Shown here in pieces: positions 33,886 to 40,000 of a stretch of DNA of 40,000 bases. Origin of the DNA: Azotobacter salinestris. GTDB lineage: Bacteria > Pseudomonadota > Gammaproteobacteria > Pseudomonadales > Pseudomonadaceae. The notes beneath the pieces were generated by a model that was given only the letters and a program-made list of their open reading frames with translations, ran no database searches and was not told the DNA's origin. The stretch is taken from the NCBI RefSeq assembly GCF_009363155.1, contig NZ_CP045302.1:4563194-4603193 (forward strand). The letters run 5' to 3'. Made by a program: the position numbers and the translations under genes. Position 1 is the stretch's first letter; the number at the start of each line of letters is the position of its first letter.

Positions 33886-34512
33886 ATGGCGGCAAAGCAA
33901 CTTGACTGGGAGGCAATAGAACGCGCCTACCGGGCGGGCCAGCTTTCAGTCCGGGCCATCGCCGCGCAGCACGGCATCAACGAGAAGTCCATCCGTAATC
34001 GTGCGGCGGCCGGTGGGTGGCAAAGAGACTTAGCCGACCAAGTACGCAAGGAAGTCCGCAACAAGTTGGTCCGCAGTCCGCAGTCCGCAGTCCGCAACCC
34101 CTTACGCGCGAGTGCGGACTGCGGACTTGATGCACAGATCGTTGAGGTGGCGGCCGAGGAGGGGGCACAGGTAGTCCGGACTCACCGCCGGGATATCCGC
34201 AAGGCATCGGATATCGCCGACCTGCTGATGTGCGACCTGATGACAACGATCAGAAATCGTGAAGCCATCGAGGAGGCCATCGAGGCTGAGACAGAACCTG
34301 GAATGCTCCGGGCCAACATGCTCGCCGCCGTGGCTCTCCCAAGCAACGCCAAGACCCTGTTCCAGCTATCGGCGGCGATGAAGAACCTGCAGACGCTGGA
34401 GCGCCAGGCCTACAACCTCGACGACGAGAAAGAGTCCGGGCCTGCTCAAGATTGGGACGGCAAGGTGGTGGTGGAGCTGGTAGAGCCTGGGACGGCAGTC
34501 GATGCCGATTAA
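33886..34512 (+). CDS. terminase small subunit
   Basis: 208 aa. N-terminal HTH (LSVRAIAAQHGINEKSIRNRAAAGGW). Immediately upstream of and overlapping the large subunit. Confidence 0.75.
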   Translation: MAAKQLDWEAIERAYRAGQLSVRAIAAQHGINEKSIRNRAAAGGWQRDLADQVRKEVRNKLVRSPQSAVRNPLRASADCGLDAQIVEVAAEEGAQVVRTHRRDIRKASDIADLLMCDLMTTIRNREAIEEAIEAETEPGMLRANMLAAVALPSNAKTLFQLSAAMKNLQTLERQAYNLDDEKESGPAQDWDGKVVVELVEPGTAVDAD

Positions 34513-35695
34513 TCTGCGGATGCCCGCAGCGATCGGGCGTCTGTTGCATGCCGAGGGATATCGGTACTACGGCCTGAAAGGCGGGCGAGGCTCGGGAAAG
34601 TCGGCCAGCGTTGCCCAGCGCCTGCTGATCGAGGGCATGCAGCAGCCGCACCGGATACTCTGCTGCCGCGAGGTCCAGAACTCGATCCGCGAGTCATCGC
34701 ACGCCGAGCTTGGTACCTGGGTCGACAAGCTAGGGCTGCGCTGGTTCTACGACTGCGGGGACACGTACATCCGCGGGCGCAATGGCACCGAGTTTTTTTA
34801 TCGAGGCCTGCTGCGCAATCTCGACGCCGTCAAATCCATGTCCGGGGTGACGCGCGTATGGATCGAGGAGGCCGAGAACGTCTCGCAGAACTCCTGGACG
34901 AAGCTGGACCCCACGATCCGCGCCCCAGGGGCAAAGATCTACGTCACATACAACCCCGAGGATGCCGATAGCCCTACGGCAAAGCTGCTTGACGGCAACC
35001 CGAGCGCCATCGTCGGGCACTTCAACTTCGACTCGAACCCATGGTTTCCAGCAAGCCTTGAAGAGCAGCGCTTGCTATGCCAACGCCGAGACCCGGACGC
35101 ATACGCTCACATCTGGCTCGGCGAGCCGATCAGCCGAAGCGACGCGCAAGTGCTTGGCGGAAAGTGGGTCGTCGAAGACTTCGAGCCTGGAGCGGACTGG
35201 GAAGGCCCGCTATGGGGCTGTGACTGGGGGTTCAGCCAAGACCCGACAACCCTGGTCAAGGTGTGGATCTACGGCGGAAACCTGTACATCGAGCAGGAGC
35301 TGTACCGGGTCAATCTTGAGATCCGGCATACCGCGAAGGCCTTTCGAGATGTGCCAGGCCTCACTGACCGCAGCCTGATCTTCGCCGATTGCGCGCGTCC
35401 CGAGACGATAAGTCACGTCCGGGGGGATGGCCTGAACATCAAGCCCTGTACGAAGTGGCAGGGCAGCGTCGAGGACGGCATCACTCACCTGCGCGGTGCA
35501 TACGACAAGATCATCATCCACCCGCGATGCCGCCACATAGCCAAAGAGGCCCGGCTGTACAAGTACAAAGTCGACCCGCACACAGACGAAGTGACAGACA
35601 TCATCGTAGACAAGCACAACCACGGCTGGGATGCGGTCCGATATGCCCTGGACAGGCGCATCCAGCGGCGCGGCAAGGGCTTCTTCGGGCGATAG
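34502..35695 (+). CDS. terminase large subunit (PBSX/Terminase_3-like)
   Basis: 397 aa. Walker A is GLKGGRGSGKS, Walker B-like is VWIEEAE, and there is a C-terminal nuclease part. Confidence 0.93.
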   Translation: MPINLRMPAAIGRLLHAEGYRYYGLKGGRGSGKSASVAQRLLIEGMQQPHRILCCREVQNSIRESSHAELGTWVDKLGLRWFYDCGDTYIRGRNGTEFFYRGLLRNLDAVKSMSGVTRVWIEEAENVSQNSWTKLDPTIRAPGAKIYVTYNPEDADSPTAKLLDGNPSAIVGHFNFDSNPWFPASLEEQRLLCQRRDPDAYAHIWLGEPISRSDAQVLGGKWVVEDFEPGADWEGPLWGCDWGFSQDPTTLVKVWIYGGNLYIEQELYRVNLEIRHTAKAFRDVPGLTDRSLIFADCARPETISHVRGDGLNIKPCTKWQGSVEDGITHLRGAYDKIIIHPRCRHIAKEARLYKYKVDPHTDEVTDIIVDKHNHGWDAVRYALDRRIQRRGKGFFGR

Positions 35696-35703
35696 GAGGC
35701 ATC

Positions 35704-37113
35704 ATGCCACGCAAGCGCAACAAGCCCCGTCGAGGGGGTGTTTTCTCGACCGACCTGAGCCTACCGGCCGCCGGTCCGGCTCGAACTGTCGGGATCGCCC
35801 GGGACAGCGCCCTTGGGCCGATCATCAAGGGCGCGCAGACAGTTGGCGTGCCAGATGCCCAGTTGGAGTGGTACGGGGCTCAGAGCTTCATCGGCTACGC
35901 TGCCTGCGCGGTACTCGGCCAGCACTGGCTGATCGACAAGGCCTGCCTGCAGCCTGCCCGGGATGCGTTACGCCATGGCTATGAAATCACTGGCGTGTCC
36001 GAAGAGGTCAAGGCAAGGCTTCGTGACTCGGAGAAGCGTCAGCGGCTGAACGACAAGCTGCGCGAGTTCATCCACTTCGGCCGGCTGTTTGGTGTTCGGA
36101 TCGCGCTGTTTTCCGTGGCCAGCCCGGACCCCGAGTACTACGAAAAGCCGTTCAACCCTGACGGTGTGGGGGCTGGCTGCTACCGAGGCTTGGTACAGGT
36201 CGACCCACATTGGTGTACGGCGGAGCTGGACGAGGCCTCGCTCGCTGACCCGACGTGCCCGCACTTCTACGAACCGCTGTACTACCGGATCGGCAAGCTC
36301 CGCATCCATCGCAGCCACCTGGCCATATTCGTCCCGTACCCGGTACCGGACCTGCTCAAGCCGCAGTACCAGTGGGGCGGAGTGCCCTTGCCGCAGCGGA
36401 TCTATGAGCGGGTCTACGCGGCTGAGCGCACGGCCAACGAGGCGCCCCAGCTCGCGATGACCAAGCGGCTCACGGCCCTGAAGACCGACACGGCACAGGC
36501 CATGGCCAACATGTCGGACTTCCAGCAGAAGCTTCAGGACTGGACCGAGCTGCGGGACAACTACGGCGTCTGGGCAATCGACAAGGAGGTCGAGGATCTT
36601 GCCCAGTTCGATGTGTCCCTGGCCGACCTCGATGCGACGATCATGACGCAGTACCAGCTTGTCGCAGCCGTCGCCAACGTGCCTGTGACGAAGCTGATGG
36701 GCACGCAAGTCCCGGGCTTCAACTCCAGTGGCGAGTACGAAGAGACCAGCTACCGGGAAGAACTGGAGTCGATCCAGAGCAACGACCTCTCGCCGCTGAT
36801 TGAGCGGCACCTGCTGTTGTGCCTGCGCTCCGCTGGCATCGCTGATCAGATCCCAGGCGTCTCCTGGAACCCGCTCGACAGCCCGACCGCGGAAGAGTGG
36901 GCGGCAATCAACAAGACGAAGGCCGAGACGGCAGAGATCTACGCCGGCATAGGCGCGATTGATGGGGGCGACGTGCGCCGTCAGCTCATGGGCGATCCGA
37001 ACAGCGACTGGAGCAACCTTCAGGCGCTCACTGAAGAGTCGATGCTGGAGGCGGAGGAGCAGCATGGCGAACAAGCGCCCGCCGCTGTCGAGCAAGCGGC
37101 AGCAGTACGCTGA
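35704..37113 (+). CDS. portal protein (DUF1073-type)
   Basis: 469 aa from ATG 35704 (RBS GGAGG). Position after terL, plus size and sequence pattern. Confidence 0.88.
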   Translation: MPRKRNKPRRGGVFSTDLSLPAAGPARTVGIARDSALGPIIKGAQTVGVPDAQLEWYGAQSFIGYAACAVLGQHWLIDKACLQPARDALRHGYEITGVSEEVKARLRDSEKRQRLNDKLREFIHFGRLFGVRIALFSVASPDPEYYEKPFNPDGVGAGCYRGLVQVDPHWCTAELDEASLADPTCPHFYEPLYYRIGKLRIHRSHLAIFVPYPVPDLLKPQYQWGGVPLPQRIYERVYAAERTANEAPQLAMTKRLTALKTDTAQAMANMSDFQQKLQDWTELRDNYGVWAIDKEVEDLAQFDVSLADLDATIMTQYQLVAAVANVPVTKLMGTQVPGFNSSGEYEETSYREELESIQSNDLSPLIERHLLLCLRSAGIADQIPGVSWNPLDSPTAEEWAAINKTKAETAEIYAGIGAIDGGDVRRQLMGDPNSDWSNLQALTEESMLEAEEQHGEQAPAAVEQAAAVR

Positions 37114-37918
37114 GCAGCGTAAATCCGGCTTCTTCGTTGGCAAGCCGCTGAGCTACCCAGCCGGCCCGATGCACCGCTACAGCTTCGCGCTGCTGCGACT
37201 GATCGATCCGATGCTGCGCGAGTACGAGCACGAGCTGTCGGCAGTCTTTCGCGAGTACGGGCCTGACCTGCCGGCACAGGACGCCAGCCTGGCCAGCCAG
37301 GCACGGATTGCCCTGAACAGGCTTCAGCAGAAGTTCGCTCGGATGTTCCGCCAGGCTGCTACAGGCATCGTGAGCCGGATCTTTGGTCAGGTCGACAAGG
37401 CTTCGGCCGCAAGCCTAGGCCTGTCGCTCAAGGAGCTGTCCGGCGGCCTGACGCTCAAGACCGACATCATGCCGGCGGCTCTGGCCGAGGCCGTGACCGC
37501 TCGCACCGCCGAGAACGTGGCACTGATCAAGTCGATACCGCAGGCCTTCCACGAGCAGATCGCCGGCGCAGTGATGCGTTCGATTCAGCCGGGGGCCAAC
37601 GGCCTGGCCGACGTGACCGAGGCGCTGCGCAAGTACGGCGGGATCACGCAAAGGCGGGCGGACTTCATCGCGCGGGATCAGGTTTCCAAACTGACCAGCG
37701 TGATGAACGCCGAGCGCTCCAGGGCGCTGGGCATCAAGAAGTTCCGCTGGCTGCACTCCGGGGGAGGCGCCGAGCCGCGCAAGCTTCACCTGAAGCTGAG
37801 CGGGCAGGTCTTCAGCTACGACGACCTGCCCGTGATCGATGAGCGGACCAAAGAGCGTGGATTGCCGGGGCAGTTGCCGAACTGCCGGTGCCGCGCCGTG
37901 CCGCTAGTTGAGTTCTGA
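37064..37918 (+). CDS. head morphogenesis protein (Mu F / SPP1 gp7 family)
   Basis: 284 aa. C-terminal ...FRWLHSGGGAEPRKLHLKLSGQVFSYDD...PNCRCRAVP is the typical Mu F signature. Confidence 0.88.
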   Translation: MANKRPPLSSKRQQYAEQRKSGFFVGKPLSYPAGPMHRYSFALLRLIDPMLREYEHELSAVFREYGPDLPAQDASLASQARIALNRLQQKFARMFRQAATGIVSRIFGQVDKASAASLGLSLKELSGGLTLKTDIMPAALAEAVTARTAENVALIKSIPQAFHEQIAGAVMRSIQPGANGLADVTEALRKYGGITQRRADFIARDQVSKLTSVMNAERSRALGIKKFRWLHSGGGAEPRKLHLKLSGQVFSYDDLPVIDERTKERGLPGQLPNCRCRAVPLVEF

Positions 37919-37947
37919 GCCCTGGCATCCGCCGGGGCTTTTTGTTT
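37919..37947 (+). terminator. rho-independent terminator inside the head module
   Basis: 8-bp stem GCCCTGGC-atcc-GCCGGGGC followed by TTTTTGTTT. Confidence 0.8.
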
Positions 37948-38042
37948 GCGCGCGGCCTAGGTCCGTACAACCGAACGACGGGTGTCCGCTCATCCGCCTG
38001 TCCCGGCCGCGCACCTATTTCCCGGTGAGCGAGGTAACGCCA

Positions 38043-38552
38043 ATGAGCAATGTCATCCCGTTCCATTACCAAGGCCAGCCGGTACGGTTCAACACTGATG
38101 GCTGGATCAATGCAACCGAAGCGGCCAAGCGGTTCGGCAAGAAGCCGGCGAAGTGGCTTGAGCTGCCTAGCACTCAGAGCTATATGGCGGCGCTCGCGAA
38201 GCGTCTGACCCAGGAGTTTGATGTCCGAAAATCGGACATCAAACTGGTTGATACCTCTCGGGTTCGTGGTAGAGCAGGCACCTGGCTTCACCCGAAGCTG
38301 GCTGTTGCTTTTGCTCGCTGGCTATCTGACGACTTCGCCGTCTGGTGCGATCTGCAAATCGACGCCTTGCTCCACGGCAACCTGCCGGCCCAGCAGCAAT
38401 TCGACAATGCCTGCAGGCGCCTGGCTGACGGCAAGGCTATGGCCAGCCTGAGCGGCCGAGAGCTAGCCCGCTGGCGGTGGGACAAGCCAGGCCTTGAGCA
38501 CGAAGTCGATCACTGGCGCGGCCAGATTCAATTGATGCTGGCTCTCGGGTAG
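38043..38552 (+). CDS. KilA-N domain protein, paralog 2 (169 aa), a moron in the head module
   Basis: FHYQGQPVRFNTDGWINATEAAKRFGKKP..WLE...GTWLHPKLAVAFARWLSDDFAVWCDLQIDALL. Preceded by a terminator and a 95-nt gap. Confidence 0.85.
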   Translation: MSNVIPFHYQGQPVRFNTDGWINATEAAKRFGKKPAKWLELPSTQSYMAALAKRLTQEFDVRKSDIKLVDTSRVRGRAGTWLHPKLAVAFARWLSDDFAVWCDLQIDALLHGNLPAQQQFDNACRRLADGKAMASLSGRELARWRWDKPGLEHEVDHWRGQIQLMLALG

Positions 38553-38564
38553 CAGGAGCACCAC

Positions 38565-39728
38565 ATGCCCCCGTCAGCAAGAACCCGAGACATCAATGGG
38601 TATGTCGAAATCCGAGACAACCCGATATCCAAGGCTGGCGTATACCCCTACTCGGGCGCGCAGCTCGGCATGACAGGCGAAGCGACAGGCCGGATTTTCC
38701 GCGTCTACCGGCCGCCGGAAGAACTGGCGGATCCCGAGTGCATCGCCTCCTTCCGCCTGCTGCCGCTGGTCGATGAGCACCCGGCCGGCATCCTCGGTGA
38801 CGAGGAACTCGGCGCGACACCCGCCGAACTCCACGGCATTCAGGGCTGTATCGGGGAGCAGGTCCACTTCGACCCGCCCTACCTGCGGGCCAACCTGCGC
38901 CTCCTGTCCGAGTCGATCAAGCGGGCCATCGACATGGCCGGCAAGGTCGAGCTGTCTCCCGGCTACCGCTGCCAGTACGACTTGACACCCGGTGTCACGC
39001 CAGAGGGCGAACCGTATGACGCCGTGCAGCGCAAGATCCGCGGCAACCACCTGGCACTGGTCGAGGAGGGGCGCACCGGCCCGGACGTCGCCGTGCTCGA
39101 TCACCTGAAAATCACTCTTGACGCAAAGGAGGTCGCGCCCATGGCCGACGAAAACGAGAACACACAAGACGCCGAAGGCGGAGAGGGCGGCGACATCCTG
39201 GCCACTGCCAAGGCTGCGCTCGAAACCCTGAAGCCGCTGCTTGAAGCCTCGGCCGAGGTCAAGGCCATGCTCGCCGAGCTGATGGGCGCCGGCGATCCGG
39301 CGGCGGCTGGCGACCAAGAGCCGGAACCGACTCTACCAGCCCCCACGATGGACGAACCCAGCATGACCCCTGCAGCACTCGACGCAGCCCTGAGCAAGGC
39401 GCTCCAGCCCATCAACGATCGCCTGTCCGCCCTGGAGGCTGGACGTACCGCGCTCGATGCCGCCGTGATTTCCAGCCTGGCCGAGCGTGATGCGCTGGTC
39501 GGCAAGGTCACCCCCTTCGTGGGCACCTTCGACTCGGCCCGCATGACCGTCCAGCAGGTTGCCGAGTATGCCGCGGACAAGCTCGGCATTCCTGTCGTGG
39601 TAAAGGGCCAGGAGCGCGTCGCCCTGGATGCCTGGCTGCATGGCCGCACGCCTGACATGAGCAAGCCGACCATCGCCGCCGACGGGGCCAGCGGCAAGGG
39701 CATCTTCGACACCTGGAGGGCTCAGTAA
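38565..39728 (+). CDS. DUF2213-type prohead protease/scaffold protein
   Basis: 387 aa. N-terminus RDINGYVEIRDNPISKAGVYPYSG..., an acidic middle, and a helical scaffold-like C-terminus. Confidence 0.8.
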   Translation: MPPSARTRDINGYVEIRDNPISKAGVYPYSGAQLGMTGEATGRIFRVYRPPEELADPECIASFRLLPLVDEHPAGILGDEELGATPAELHGIQGCIGEQVHFDPPYLRANLRLLSESIKRAIDMAGKVELSPGYRCQYDLTPGVTPEGEPYDAVQRKIRGNHLALVEEGRTGPDVAVLDHLKITLDAKEVAPMADENENTQDAEGGEGGDILATAKAALETLKPLLEASAEVKAMLAELMGAGDPAAAGDQEPEPTLPAPTMDEPSMTPAALDAALSKALQPINDRLSALEAGRTALDAAVISSLAERDALVGKVTPFVGTFDSARMTVQQVAEYAADKLGIPVVVKGQERVALDAWLHGRTPDMSKPTIAADGASGKGIFDTWRAQ

Positions 39729-40000
39729 TGGCTTTTCAAACTTCCATCGCCGCCGACATCGTGTCCGGCTATATCGGCGAGCTGTCGCACAAGGGCCCGA
39801 TGCGCGCCATCCCGGCAAGGATCGCCGCCGATGCCACGCAAGCCGATTGCCTGGTAGGGCGCGCCTACACCTATGCCGACGAGACCGCCGAGACCGTCCG
39901 CCCGGGCGGCACCGGACAATTCGCCGGCATCCTGATCAGCCCGAAGTCGTACCCGCGGCAGGACCTCTATGACGACACGCTGGATATCCCGCTGAACAGC
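39728..40000 (+). CDS. head structural protein, 5' part only (runs off the window)
   Basis: ATG 39728 overlaps the previous stop (TAATG). The frame is open to the window end with high GC3. Absent from the track because no stop is in the window. Confidence 0.6.
   Translation, partial: MAFQTSIAADIVSGYIGELSHKGPMRAIPARIAADATQADCLVGRAYTYADETAETVRPGGTGQFAGILISPKSYPRQDLYDDTLDIPLNS

Overview
High-GC gammaproteobacterial (Pseudomonas-type) chromosome. Positions 1..8444 hold a conserved housekeeping block: thrS, infC, rpmI, rplT, pheS, pheT, ihfA, a MerR-like regulator and tRNA-Pro(GGG). From memory this is the same order as in P. aeruginosa PAO1. A lambdoid prophage is integrated right after the tRNA and runs past the window end. 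It contains int and xis, a long leftward early operon (Bro-N/Rha antirepressor-like genes, ssb, YqaJ exonuclease), and an immunity region with a lambda-cI-like repressor, cro and cII. Rightward it carries O/P-like replication genes, nin-type genes (ninB, rusA), Q, a tRNA, hicAB, holin, terminase, portal and head genes. Four things seem most worth following up. (1) An AT-rich two-gene cassette sits in the rexAB position downstream of cI and looks RexA/RexB-like. (2) About 1 kb inside the early-left operon has no credible ORF, is dense in hairpins and carries short repeats, so it is a candidate large structured RNA. (3) Two paralogous small genes each have a perfect LexA SOS box fused to the -10 element. 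(4) An rrn-type boxA lies just downstream of a predicted PL/OL. Smaller items are an OOP-like antisense RNA candidate, an initiator-like tRNA in the late leader, an Excalibur-motif micro-ORF, KilA-N paralogs and dispersed intra-prophage repeats. Everything was read by eye from the sequence. No database searches were run, and family names are motif recognition from memory.
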